From Candidatus Krumholzibacteriota bacterium (GTDB lineage: Bacteria; Krumholzibacteriota; Krumholzibacteriia; JAJRXK01): a stretch of DNA of 64,000 nucleotides. Below, piece after piece: positions 19,858-29,872 of this stretch. The number at the start of each line of letters is the position of its first letter. Position 1 is the first letter of the stretch. The translations under genes were made by a program, and so were the position numbers. Where the stretch lies: NCBI GenBank assembly GCA_963764625.1, contig CAVXTH010000002.1, forward strand, positions 1 to 64,000. Direction: 5' to 3'. A model generated the notes under the pieces. That model did no database searches and was not told the DNA's origin. It saw nothing but the letters and a program-made list of their open reading frames with translations.

Positions 19858-20565
19858 TTATCCTTTCTTCCCGATCTCCGACAATAGATCAAGCTGAATC
19901 TCCTGAATTCTCGTGAGGCGATCCCATTGGTGCGAGAGAAGGTGATCAATCTTCTCGTTCAGATGACGGATTTCCAGCTCCGCCTTCAGGTTCACCTGAT
20001 AGTCGTGTTGCGAACGCATCCGGTCCTTCATCTCTTGCCGATTCTGGCTCATCATGATGACCGGCGCTTGGATCGCGGCCAGGCAGGACAGGATCAGATT
20101 CAAGAGAATGAAGGGATAGGGATCGGGGGGATGCACCGCCAGGACAACTGCATTCGTCCCGATCCATAGAGCAATGAAAGCGCCGAAGCTGATGAGAAAG
20201 GCCCAACTCCCACCAAAGGTCGCGATGCGGTCGGCAAGTCTTTCGCCAAAGGACCACGTTTGCTCGAACTCCGCGTCGACGTTCTTCGCGAGAACTTCGT
20301 GCTCTCGCATGCTATCCAACACTTCGTGTTCGAGGCTGGAAAGCTCACCTTTTTCAGACTGAAGCAGCTTACCCACGTATTCCATGCGGTAGCGGGCTAG
20401 ATCGGGCCGGCAGATGAAGCTCTCGGCAGACCACTCCGGATGGTCACGGAGAATCTCCGCCGCGATCAAGTCGCGAACCGCTCCTCCAGGAACCAGGTTT
20501 CGAGGCGGAAAGCTCTGACCGCAGACAACGCACTCGTGCAGATTACTCTTCTTGTTCATAGCCAT
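19858..20565 (-). CDS. DUF1003 domain protein
   Basis: LADRIATFGGSW, DPYPFILLNL, QAPVIMMSQNRQ. Confidence 0.9.
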   Translation of the reverse strand: MAMNKKSNLHECVVCGQSFPPRNLVPGGAVRDLIAAEILRDHPEWSAESFICRPDLARYRMEYVGKLLQSEKGELSSLEHEVLDSMREHEVLAKNVDAEFEQTWSFGERLADRIATFGGSWAFLISFGAFIALWIGTNAVVLAVHPPDPYPFILLNLILSCLAAIQAPVIMMSQNRQEMKDRMRSQHDYQVNLKAELEIRHLNEKIDHLLSHQWDRLTRIQEIQLDLLSEIGKKG

Positions 20566-20636
20566 CCCTTTCAGCTGCGCTGAGGATGAGCCTCTTGGGA
20601 GAGGTCAAAGGAGTACGTCGCCGATGAGGGCGCATC

Positions 20637-21104
20637 CTAGGAGTACGCGATCATCAACGCGTTGAGGGCACCCAAAAACGCTGCGGCCAAGAGAGCCACC
20701 CGAACTAGATTACCCTGGGTCCACTCACGGGCCGCTCGGCGTAAGCGCTCTGCTTCAACCGGCTCGGTCGTCTTGAACATGATCTTCAATCTCGGATAGT
20801 GAAACAAGAAGGTGATCGCGTCGAGCAAGATCAGCACGATGAGCACGGCGCCAGCGGACCAGCGGGTTCCTGGGGTTTTCCATCCCACCAGAGTACTCGC
20901 CAGAAGAAGCAACTGAGTGACGGGAGAGAGCACTCGAAAGTAGTGCGCGGGGGTTCGCGCTTGAAAGAAGGCTCGCGCCGTATCGACTGAAGCTGGGATC
21001 TCACGCTCGTAGTTGGGCGCCATCACCACTGCTTCGTACGCGGCGCCGCCAAGGAGTAGCGCGATGCCGAGCAATGCCAGGATGAGAAGCAGAACGATCG
21101 GCAT
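20637..21104 (-). CDS. DUF1772/anthrone oxygenase-like membrane protein
   Basis: Four TM helices, PNY, W...NLVR. Confidence 0.6.
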   Translation of the reverse strand: MPIVLLLILALLGIALLLGGAAYEAVVMAPNYEREIPASVDTARAFFQARTPAHYFRVLSPVTQLLLLASTLVGWKTPGTRWSAGAVLIVLILLDAITFLFHYPRLKIMFKTTEPVEAERLRRAAREWTQGNLVRVALLAAAFLGALNALMIAYS

Positions 21105-21152
21105 CGTTACACTCCTTCGGCTGGTGAGTAGCTGGGGGAAACTGAGTTTCCT

Positions 21153-21829
21153 TCAACTCCAAGTGTCTCGCAAGGTTCCCAAATCGTCCACGACATCGTT
21201 CACCACTGCAGCCGGAATGTCGAAGCGGTCCGAAATGAGTTGAGCCACCTCGGTTCGGCTCGCCAGCGTCCGCACTTTAGCGTTTCTGCCCTCGTATTCG
21301 GTTACCGTCAGGTTCCGAATCACGACAGATCGCTCGCGAGAAAACCGCGTCACCAGAAGAGCATTCATAAAGGTGGCATCGTCTCGGAAGGAATCTCCGA
21401 TAGCACCCTCGAACTCGTGAATGTTCCGAGGTTCCGGTTTCGCCAGATAGCCATGTCTGCGAATTCCATCCTGGTAGAATTCCATGCGCGAGCGGCGCAG
21501 CCTGTCCTGAGGCTTCAGGACGTAGCGCTCGCTTCCCAGCCCGATGCTGTAGTCCCTTCCCAAATTGCGGGGTATGGGCGTCCAAAAGGGTGATCCATAG
21601 CCAACATCGATCAGATACTCCCGGTCTCCCACAGTGACCATGCTCACCACATGAAGGTCGGGGTTCGACATGTCCGCCCCGCACAACTTGGCCTGATACC
21701 CCAGGCTCCTCATAAGCTCGTAGAGATAGTAGTTGTTGGTATAGCACGTCCCGCCAAAGTGAAACCGCTCGATCCCCTCCAGGAACACCTCCAGGCTGGG
21801 GATTCCACGTAGGTGGCGATGGTGTTCCC
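21153..21829 (-). pseudogene. arylamine N-acetyltransferase, 5' truncated
   Basis: C-H-D triad in GGTCY, LHVV and LIDVGYG. The N-terminal PFEN region and start are absent. Confidence 0.7.
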
Positions 21830-22009
21830 TCAATCCTTGCGGAGTTGCATGCGCTCTTCGAGCTCGGTTCGCTTCAGCTTCGCACCGAGCTTGTCCAGCA
21901 TCCCGTGCTGGAGGTCGCAGGCAATCACCCTTCCGGACGCTGCTACGCATTCCGCCATGGGAATGGTGAACAAGCCGGGACCGCAGCCGAAGTCCGTGAC
22001 GGTCAGCCC
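21830..22009 (-). pseudogene. class I methyltransferase fragment
   Basis: An unlisted frame reads GLTVTDFGCGPGLFTIPMAECVAASGRVIACDLQHGML..., then a stop. Confidence 0.65.
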
Positions 22010-22112
22010 TCAGAAGTTTACCCCCTGCCCCAGCACCGCAGAACAGCGTGTAGCCTACCCCGAAGAGGAGACTGTAGGCTCCGAACACCCACAGATAAAA
22101 TGAAAATGGCTC

Positions 22113-22970
22113 CTACCGGTAGCGTCGTTGGAGCCGTTGCTTCTCCACGATCACGAGAGCGATTCCACCCAGAATCGTTGCGGACGCCACGACCAAGCGG
22201 AGAGTGATGGTTTCCTGGAGGAAAATGATCCCACCCAGCGCCGCGATGATGGGCACGCTGAGTTGGACCGTGGCCGCACTGATGGCTCTCAGGGCGGGCA
22301 ATGCCGTGTACCAGATGGCATACCCCAGCGCGGACGCCACGGCTCCGGATGCGATCGCGTAGACGAGGCCCGTGGCGTCCATTGAGAAATCCCGAAAGGT
22401 CACGAGGCTCAGCACGAGTGCGATCGGCGCGGCACGCAGGAAGTTCCCTCCGGTCACCCTGATGGGATCGCCCTTGCCTTGCCCTCGCAAGGAGTACACG
22501 CCCCATGCGATGCCGGCTCCCAGCATCAGAATGGAGCCAAGAAGTGGAGGCGCCGTGAGACCGGGCAGAAGGAGACCGACCAGGCCCCCGAGGGCAAGGA
22601 CAAGCCCAACGAGTTGCAACCGCCGGAGCCGTTCCCCCACCCAAAGTCCTCGGCCGATCATGGTGGCCTGTACCGCCCCAAACAGGAGCAGCGCCCCCGT
22701 CGACGCGGGCAGACTCACATACGCGTAGGAAAAGCCCACGGCATAGGCGCACAGCGCCAGAGCCGACGGCCAGCTCCCCTTCCCGAGCTCTTGGCCTCGT
22801 GTCGTCTTGACGATGAGCCACAGCATTGCGGCCCCGGAAACCAGCCGAATCGACGTGAAACTCCCCGCGTCGATCGCGGTTTCCTTGAGGGCGAGTCGGC
22901 ACAGAATCGAATTGCCCGCGAAGGCAATCATGGTCAGTGAAGTCAGAAAGACGGCTCGTGAATACGTCAC
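22113..22970 (-). CDS. DMT/EamA family transporter
   Basis: About ten TM helices, AFAGNSILCR, QLSVPIIAA. Confidence 0.9.
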   Translation of the reverse strand: MTYSRAVFLTSLTMIAFAGNSILCRLALKETAIDAGSFTSIRLVSGAAMLWLIVKTTRGQELGKGSWPSALALCAYAVGFSYAYVSLPASTGALLLFGAVQATMIGRGLWVGERLRRLQLVGLVLALGGLVGLLLPGLTAPPLLGSILMLGAGIAWGVYSLRGQGKGDPIRVTGGNFLRAAPIALVLSLVTFRDFSMDATGLVYAIASGAVASALGYAIWYTALPALRAISAATVQLSVPIIAALGGIIFLQETITLRLVVASATILGGIALVIVEKQRLQRRYR

Positions 22971-23176
22971 TGCATGTTCTTCACAATTGGGGAATGAGGC
23001 GCCCGTGAAGATCCTCCGGGCCGATGGCAGGCGCTAAGGCTCTGCGGCAGCTAGCATGCGGGGCCAGGGACTCGATCGTCAAGAACGTCCGTCACCACCC
23101 TCCCCAGCGTATGAGCCATGGGTCCTCGAACGAGATCCTCACGATCTGAAGCTGGAGAGAGAAAGGCTCCGCGAAT

Positions 23177-23210
23177 AATTACTTGACTAATCAAGTAATT
23201 TGAGTATCCT
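23177..23210 (+). promoter_or_regulatory. MarR operator overlapping promoter
   Basis: Perfect inverted repeat AATTACTTGA-CTAA-TCAAGTAATT overlapping TTGACT-N16-TATCCT. Confidence 0.7.
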
Positions 23211-23217
23211 GGATTTC

Positions 23218-23703
23218 ATGAAGACCCGCACGCACAGTGTCCAGCGCGAGATCAAGCAGAGCCGCCCCTTCCCCTCGGTGGCCCAGGAGGCCGTGGTGGC
23301 CCTCTTTCGGACGGCGGACTTGCTCCACCGGGAGATCGCCCGCGTGCTGGAACCCGAGGGCATCACTTCCCAGCAGTACAACGTTTTGCGCATTCTGCGG
23401 GGTGCGGGTCCCGAGGGGCTCCCCACTCTCGAAATCGCCGAGCGCATGATCGAGCAGACCCCGGGAATCACCCGCCTGCTCGACCGTTTGGAACGTAAGG
23501 GTCTGGTGGCGCGGGAGCGCTGTCCCGAGGACCGCCGCCAGGTCACCTGCCGGATCACCCCCAAGGGAACCTCCCTTTTGGCGAAGCTCGACAAGACGAT
23601 CGACGCCACCGATAAGCGTCTGGTTCCGCTCGGTCCGAGAAACACCCGAAAACTCATCGATCAATTGGATTTGATCCGCGCGAAGCTACGCGGAGCCGAA
23701 TAG
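23218..23703 (+). CDS. MarR family transcriptional regulator
   Basis: QQYNVLRILRGA, ITRLLDRLE, DRRQV. Confidence 0.9.
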   Translation: MKTRTHSVQREIKQSRPFPSVAQEAVVALFRTADLLHREIARVLEPEGITSQQYNVLRILRGAGPEGLPTLEIAERMIEQTPGITRLLDRLERKGLVARERCPEDRRQVTCRITPKGTSLLAKLDKTIDATDKRLVPLGPRNTRKLIDQLDLIRAKLRGAE

Positions 23704-23812
23704 CCATGGCCTGGTGGCGCTGCTCGAGACGGAACAGAAATAGTTGCGTGACTCGTCATCCATTGACCGGTCCTAACCATGGAAGGCCTGCGGGCCGAAA
23801 GGAGTTACAGTC

Positions 23813-24274
23813 ATGATTCGCAAGATTCTCAGCACAGGTGACGATCGGGTCGCTCTGTTGTTGCGCCTTGTTCTGGGCGCAGTGATGTTTCCCCACGGCG
23901 CACAGAAGATGCTGGGGTGGTTCGGTGGGTACGGTTTCTCGGGAAGCATGGGCTTCTTCACCCAGCAGTTGCACATCCCGGCGTTCTTCGGTGTTCTGGC
24001 CATTATCGCCGAGTTCTTCGGATCCCTCGCCCTGCTGGCAGGATTTGCCACACGGGTGGCTGCGGCTGGTATCCTCACCAACATGATCGTGGCGGTACTC
24101 ACGGTGCACGCCAGCATTGGGTTCTTCATGAACTGGACCGGCCAGCAAGCCGGAGAGGGCTTCGAGTACCATCTCTTGGCGATGGCGATCGCCGTGGCAC
24201 TCATCATCCGCGGTGGCGGAACCGCGTCCCTCGATCGAGCCCTGTCCCGGGGGCCTGCGAAGACGCATGAGTAG
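23813..24274 (+). CDS. DoxX family protein
   Basis: LRLVLG, HGAQK, EFFG, GEGFEYH. Confidence 0.9.
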   Translation: MIRKILSTGDDRVALLLRLVLGAVMFPHGAQKMLGWFGGYGFSGSMGFFTQQLHIPAFFGVLAIIAEFFGSLALLAGFATRVAAAGILTNMIVAVLTVHASIGFFMNWTGQQAGEGFEYHLLAMAIAVALIIRGGGTASLDRALSRGPAKTHE

Positions 24275-24333
24275 ATGCTGGTCTGTAGAGTCGTCGCGGG
24301 CAAATGACTCAGGGTGAGTTCAGTCGGATCGAA

Positions 24334-25434
24334 TCACTTCCCCGTCGGATCGAATAGGCGGGCCAGAGTGATCGCGACTCGCGCAATCCGCGCCTCGGTC
24401 ACGTTCGTCATGACCGCGACGACCATGCGTGTTTCCGGGAAGATCATGAACGAGGTCCTGCTTCCCATGGATTTGCCCCCGTGGCCGATGACACGCTGGT
24501 CGCCCAGTTTCCGGACGAACCATCCGAGGCCGTAGCGCGTCGACTTGCCCGATTCGAGTTGCAGGGGTGTCCACAGGAGGTCGACGGTAGTGGGCTCCAG
24601 AAGCTTGCCGTCCAGCATCGCGAATCCGAAGCGGACCAGGTCGGAAGGAGTGGAGAGAAAGCCGCCACCTGCCCATTTGTCACTCTGGTCCACGTAAGCG
24701 GCGTTCCGGAGATGCCCGTCGGCATCCATCTGGTAGAAGTTAGCCCGTTCGGAGACGATGGTAGAGGGAAAGTCAGGGACGGTCTCCTGCATTCCCGCCG
24801 GCACGAAGACCTCCCGCTGCATGAATTCCAGGAAGCTCTCCCCCGCCGCACTCTCGACCGCCGCGCTTACTAGATCCCAGGCGAATGTGGAGTACTGGTA
24901 GCTCGTTTCCGGCTGAAACAACAACGAGTCGGCGGCGAAAATCTGTAGGGATTCGAGAATGCTGTCGTAGTGCACGGTGCTCAGCATCTCTTCTTCGTCC
25001 CGATAATCCCGGATGCCCGAGACGTTTCCCATCAACTGGCGCAGGCATATCGGCCATCGCTTCTTGGGAAAATCAGGCACGTACTCTTGAATGGGGACAT
25101 CCAGATCGAGACGACCGCGTTCGTACAAGATCCCGACTGCGGCCGAGGTGAGCGACTTCGACACGCTGCCGATGCGGAAACGCGTCGACGGGGACACCGG
25201 TACCTGTTGTTCGAGGTCGGCCAACCCGAAGCCTTCCGCCCAGACGAGATCGCCGCCGATCCCAACCGCTGCCGAGACCCCGGGCAAATCGTCGTCCGCG
25301 AGCCACTGGCGAACGAGCTCACGCGCCTGTACCACGGCACGTGAATGCCCAGAGCTCTGAGGCTGCGGCGCAGACGCCACTTCCTGCCCCAGTACGGCTC
25401 CAACATCCAGGATGAGGATGAACATCGGCAGCAA
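24334..25434 (-). CDS. serine hydrolase, beta-lactamase class C-like
   Basis: FRIGSVSK (SxxK), YQYST, GHGG. Confidence 0.85.
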   Translation of the reverse strand: MLPMFILILDVGAVLGQEVASAPQPQSSGHSRAVVQARELVRQWLADDDLPGVSAAVGIGGDLVWAEGFGLADLEQQVPVSPSTRFRIGSVSKSLTSAAVGILYERGRLDLDVPIQEYVPDFPKKRWPICLRQLMGNVSGIRDYRDEEEMLSTVHYDSILESLQIFAADSLLFQPETSYQYSTFAWDLVSAAVESAAGESFLEFMQREVFVPAGMQETVPDFPSTIVSERANFYQMDADGHLRNAAYVDQSDKWAGGGFLSTPSDLVRFGFAMLDGKLLEPTTVDLLWTPLQLESGKSTRYGLGWFVRKLGDQRVIGHGGKSMGSRTSFMIFPETRMVVAVMTNVTEARIARVAITLARLFDPTGK

Positions 25435-25552
25435 TCCGCAAACGATCCGGCGAACGAAGGTCCGGCCGAACGGGGATCCGGGCGGGGCGCGCTTCCTTCA
25501 TTCGAGCGACCTCCCACTTGGGCGACTCCCGGGGCTGAGCCCGAGCTTTCAG

Positions 25553-25588
25553 ATACATAGAAGTATTATACATAGAACTACTATGTAT
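25553..25588. promoter_or_regulatory. putative operator with direct and inverted repeats
   Basis: ATACATAGAA occurs twice (25553, 25568), followed by inverted CTATGTAT (25581-25588), in an AT-rich patch. Confidence 0.5.
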
Positions 25589-25633
25589 TCAAGAGGGAAA
25601 TTGCCAGCTCCGGTGCCGGCCGGAAGCGTATGT

Positions 25634-26029
25634 TCAAATTCCTCTAATGGGTTGGCCGTGCGTGAATTCCACCAGATGGCCGCTGGGCTCGCGGAGCAAG
25701 ACGAAGTATCCCACGCTTCCCCCGAGGTCTCTTGGACCGTCGACGAGCGTCCCGTCGGCGCGGGCCCTTGCCGCGATCTCATCGACTTCCTCCCGCGTCT
25801 CGCATTGGAAGCCGAAATGATCCAGGGGTGCTTCGATCTCACCTTCTGCGATGACGAGTACGAACTCTGGATCGGCTCCGGCCACGGGCTTGGGACCAAT
25901 CCAAATGGTAGAGCCTCCCTCCAGGCGGCGATCACGCACCACGGAGAGACCACAGACGCCCGTGAAGTAGGCGATCGAGCCCTCCAGGTCCGTCACCGGA
26001 ACGGTGATATGAGTCCAACGTACCGACAT
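25634..26029 (-). CDS. VOC family protein
   Basis: WTHITVPV, LDHFGF, EPSGHLVEFTHGQ. Confidence 0.85.
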   Translation of the reverse strand: MSVRWTHITVPVTDLEGSIAYFTGVCGLSVVRDRRLEGGSTIWIGPKPVAGADPEFVLVIAEGEIEAPLDHFGFQCETREEVDEIAARARADGTLVDGPRDLGGSVGYFVLLREPSGHLVEFTHGQPIRGI

Positions 26030-26254
26030 CGTATCTCCTCGATCAACGAGCCCGATCGCTCTCCACTATCCCCGCTGGATAGATGCGATTGTGATGCTCG
26101 AGATCGCTTGCGAGGGAAAGGCCGAAGCTTATGCGTCTGCGGTGAGCAATTCGACGACAGCCTCGGGATGCCGAAGCCCGCGGACAGCGCCCTGAGCTTG
26201 GTCCTATTCTGCACCCGGCGCACCTGCCATGACAAGCGGCCCGATCGCCGCCGA

Positions 26255-29200
26255 TCACCGCACGAGACTCATCTTCTGGGTGAGTGTTCCGTTCACCGAC
26301 ACCAGACGGGCGAAGAACACGCCCGAGGCCACGGAGTTGCCTGAGTCATCCCGCCCGTTCCAGGCTCTCGAGTACCTTCCCGCGGGCAGGTCTTCCTGTA
26401 CCAGCGTTCGCACCGCGCGTCCGGCGGCATTGAAGATGACCAGACGAACCGGGCCGGCATCGGGCAAATCGAAGGCGATCGTAGTCCGCGGGTTAAAGGG
26501 ATTCGGTACGTTCGCGTGCAATGCCAGATTGGTGACCGCGGCACCAGGCGGAACATCTGTCACGGTGGCCGGCGCCACCGCCGCACTTTCGTTGCCGGCG
26601 TCATCGACGGTCGAGACCCTGTAGAACCAGCCGAAGGGATTCGCCGATCCGTCCAACCAAGAATTGTTGGCAATTTCAAAAATTAGCGAGCCCGCGTCGG
26701 CGACAAAGTCAACCGCGCTGCCCCGATAGATCCGGTAGTACTGGAAGTCCGGTTCCGGCGCTGCATTCCAGCTCAACTGGTTCCCCGACGGAGCATAGTG
26801 CACTGCGAATCCGGTGGGAGCCGCGGGAAAAACATTGTCCACAGAAAAGCCGCTGTCCGGACTGCTTTCGTAGAACACGCTCGGCGTGGTGGAATGGGCC
26901 GAAACGAAGTAGACGGTAGGCACTGAACTTCCCGTGGAATCGGCTAGAGTTGGAACGAGTACGGTGTACTCCGACGATTGGGTCGCATAGACGGTGCCGA
27001 CGACCTCCCAGGTTCCCGGCGGAACCACGGCCTTGGCCGCCAATGCATCTTGCATCTTCTCGCTGGCAGGAATTCCCCGTAGAAAAAGCCGCCCGTCGTA
27101 GCGCATCAGAGTGCCGAGTTGGGCGCTGCGAGCACCGTCGTGCAAGATCTGCTCGGCTTCGGTGGCTGTCACGGCTTCGCCTTGGGACAGAATCCGGGAC
27201 GCGGTCGCGGCATTGTCGATCCGACGATGGATGTTGTAGCCGGCGATGGGCGCAAACGATCCGGTATCCAGGCGATCGTAGGCTGACGGTGTGAAACGCA
27301 GCCGCGCCCAGCCTCCTTGATCGTCGGGAACATCCGTGATGCTGGTGATCTCGGGCTCCTGGATGAGCCAGTCGATGGTGAGGGAAGTCAGGGTGGACGG
27401 CGTGGACACGTTCGTGGGCAGAAACGCATCCCAGATGAGATCGGTCCCCGGCAAATTGAGAGTCTCAAATCCGCCGTTGTAGGGGACGAAATTGCCAGTG
27501 GGATAGCCCACCGCCGACACGTTGATCTGGGGGTTTCCAGTTCCCGTGACCTGCAAGCGGAAAGCCGCAATCGTCTTGTCTTCTCCGTCGACGGGCACCG
27601 ATTGTCCGTAGTTTTGGGTGGGATCCCAGTAGGGGTTTACCAGGTCGAAGACCTGCAGCTGGCCTGAGAATCGGCTCAAGGTGTAGAGACGGGTTCCATC
27701 TACCCTGAGGACATCTTGCAGGACACTGCCATAGCTCGATCCCATGACCGGCGCGGTCGGATCCGCGACCTCCATGACGCGGATTTCAGTGCTTCCGGCC
27801 AAGTAGACGCGGTTGCCCGCCTTCACGATTTTCGTGTAGGCCTGCGGTCCCACTAGCGTTCCGACTTGGGTTTCGGAGGTGAGATCATAGATCACCAGCC
27901 CGCCGGTACGAGCCGCACAGTAGGCGTGGTGCCCGTCTACCACCACATCGGCGATCGCCCCGACGGTAACGGGAAGGGTTGACTTCACCACCGGCGCGGT
28001 AGGATTGCCCACATTCACCACCCACAATCCATCGCTCTCAGCGGCGATGCAGACCACGTCCCCATCAACGTCCAGGGACTGGAAGGTGCTGGGGGACGAG
28101 ATGAACATCGTATCTACCACCGCGACTGGGACGGTCGGGGTGCTGATATCCAGAATACGAAACCCGGCTCCGCCGCTCGCGCCCGCGGTGCTCCACACCT
28201 GATAGAGCTGGTTTCCCTCGACGACGGCCTTTCTCGATGTCGAGGACAGCCCGAGGATTCCGGACACGAAGGGAACCGTTGGCTGAGTAATGTCCACGAC
28301 CTGTAGTCCGCTCCCGGATACATCGATGTAGGCATTATTGCCCGCGAGGTCGAGAGTTGCCGCTGTCCCTGATAGTGCCAGAGTATGCGCGATGGAGGGG
28401 ATCGCGGGGTTGCTGAGGTCGACGATCTCGAAGTTCGAATTGCTGATGAAGTAACCCCAATCACCTCGAATCACGAGTTCTTCCGGAAGCTGAAGGGTGA
28501 GATTCTCCACCGACCCAATGGAAAGAATTCCCGTGTCCCTCGCCCACTTCCTCAATACGAGTCCGCCGTTTCCATCGGCGATCAGAAGATGCTGAAGCAC
28601 CGGAGCTACGCCCTCGCTGGAACCTGTGGTGGGATGAACCGTGGTCTCCACGGGAAGTGATGGGTCGGTGATGTCCACCTGATGAACCCCACTTACCCCC
28701 GCGGCGACAAAGGCCACGTCGGAAGATACCGCCACGTCAACCGCGTTTCCGGAGAGAGCCAAGGAGCCGCCGACGGCCATCGAAACGGGAAGGGTGATGT
28801 CGAGGGCCTGCAAGCCGTTCGTTCCCGCAGCGGCGTAGAGCCAGTTTCCCGAAAGTTCGAGCGCCTCGGCACTGACGCCGACCGAAACCGCCTTCATGAG
28901 GACGGGAGCCTGCGGATTGGTGATGTTCAAGGCCTCGACCTGACCGTTGGCCAGGGCCAAATACGCTTCGTCTCCATCGATTACCACGTCCTGGACCGCC
29001 GCGGTAGCGGTGTAGTAGTCGGTGCTTCCCGCGGTGATGTTGAACACCGCGAGTCCGGCGGAGCCCGCCGCGATGAAGACGTCGAAACCATCCACCGCAA
29101 CGGCGTGGGTCGATCCCCCGATGGAAAGAACGAAATTCAGCATGGGGGCCGTGGGATCAGAAACGTCCACCACCACGAGATCACCGCTGCCCACAGCCAG

Positions 29201-29599
29201 GAGAGCCATCTTCCCGACAAAGGCGATGTCCTCGATGTTGTTGTAGGCGGTAAAGCTACCGACGAACACGGCAGCCGAAGGATCTGCGATGTCATAGATC
29301 TGTAGGCCGGATCCGGTGGTGCCGATGTAGGCCAGACCATCATGCACGGCTACGGTATGAGCCGGCGAGGCGAGTGCGATGGACCCGGCAGTGGAGGGTG
29401 TGAACGGAACCAACCGCAATTCCCCGGCAAGGGTATCCCAGACCGCGCTGGTGGGACCGCTGTCTCGATAGGCCGTGGTCGTGAAGTCTTCAGTGAAGGT
29501 CCGTTGCGCGAGGGCGACGCCCGGGAGCAAGAGCACGGTGAGTAGGAAATAGAAATGAACAACACGTAGGCGCAATCCTGCGGACATGAAACGCTCCAT
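26255..29599 (-). CDS. secreted LVIVD-repeat protein with FN3-like and C-terminal FlgD Ig domains
   Basis: Signal peptide, many LxVxDxSxP repeats, DVPDDQGG, and NVPNPFNPRTTIAF...WNGRDDSG...ASGVFF. Confidence 0.85.
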   Translation of the reverse strand: MERFMSAGLRLRVVHFYFLLTVLLLPGVALAQRTFTEDFTTTAYRDSGPTSAVWDTLAGELRLVPFTPSTAGSIALASPAHTVAVHDGLAYIGTTGSGLQIYDIADPSAAVFVGSFTAYNNIEDIAFVGKMALLAVGSGDLVVVDVSDPTAPMLNFVLSIGGSTHAVAVDGFDVFIAAGSAGLAVFNITAGSTDYYTATAAVQDVVIDGDEAYLALANGQVEALNITNPQAPVLMKAVSVGVSAEALELSGNWLYAAAGTNGLQALDITLPVSMAVGGSLALSGNAVDVAVSSDVAFVAAGVSGVHQVDITDPSLPVETTVHPTTGSSEGVAPVLQHLLIADGNGGLVLRKWARDTGILSIGSVENLTLQLPEELVIRGDWGYFISNSNFEIVDLSNPAIPSIAHTLALSGTAATLDLAGNNAYIDVSGSGLQVVDITQPTVPFVSGILGLSSTSRKAVVEGNQLYQVWSTAGASGGAGFRILDISTPTVPVAVVDTMFISSPSTFQSLDVDGDVVCIAAESDGLWVVNVGNPTAPVVKSTLPVTVGAIADVVVDGHHAYCAARTGGLVIYDLTSETQVGTLVGPQAYTKIVKAGNRVYLAGSTEIRVMEVADPTAPVMGSSYGSVLQDVLRVDGTRLYTLSRFSGQLQVFDLVNPYWDPTQNYGQSVPVDGEDKTIAAFRLQVTGTGNPQINVSAVGYPTGNFVPYNGGFETLNLPGTDLIWDAFLPTNVSTPSTLTSLTIDWLIQEPEITSITDVPDDQGGWARLRFTPSAYDRLDTGSFAPIAGYNIHRRIDNAATASRILSQGEAVTATEAEQILHDGARSAQLGTLMRYDGRLFLRGIPASEKMQDALAAKAVVPPGTWEVVGTVYATQSSEYTVLVPTLADSTGSSVPTVYFVSAHSTTPSVFYESSPDSGFSVDNVFPAAPTGFAVHYAPSGNQLSWNAAPEPDFQYYRIYRGSAVDFVADAGSLIFEIANNSWLDGSANPFGWFYRVSTVDDAGNESAAVAPATVTDVPPGAAVTNLALHANVPNPFNPRTTIAFDLPDAGPVRLVIFNAAGRAVRTLVQEDLPAGRYSRAWNGRDDSGNSVASGVFFARLVSVNGTLTQKMSLVR

Positions 29600-29872
29600 G
29601 GAAGAGTAAACGAGTACGGTCCCGGCCTCAGATCAGGCCTGGACAACCATCATGAGGGAGGGGAATGTGCGGCACTTATAGCAAATATTACGCAGCATGG
29701 CGCTACAATTCTACGACACGATCGGCCTGTCAGATATTGAAGAAGCCGCTCTCTCTGATTGCCGCGAGACCGGTGGGGTACGCAATTTTCTTGGCTCCGT
29801 TGAATCAAACCTGCGAGCGCTTGACCACGTGCTTATGAAGAGACCACAATCGCCTCCTCAGGAGGTCGATCG

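Noticed and set aside
24334-25434. Bona fide antibiotic-resistance beta-lactamase
   Set aside because: It has SxxK but YST and HGG in place of YxN and KTG, which is typical of the broader esterase/peptidase family.
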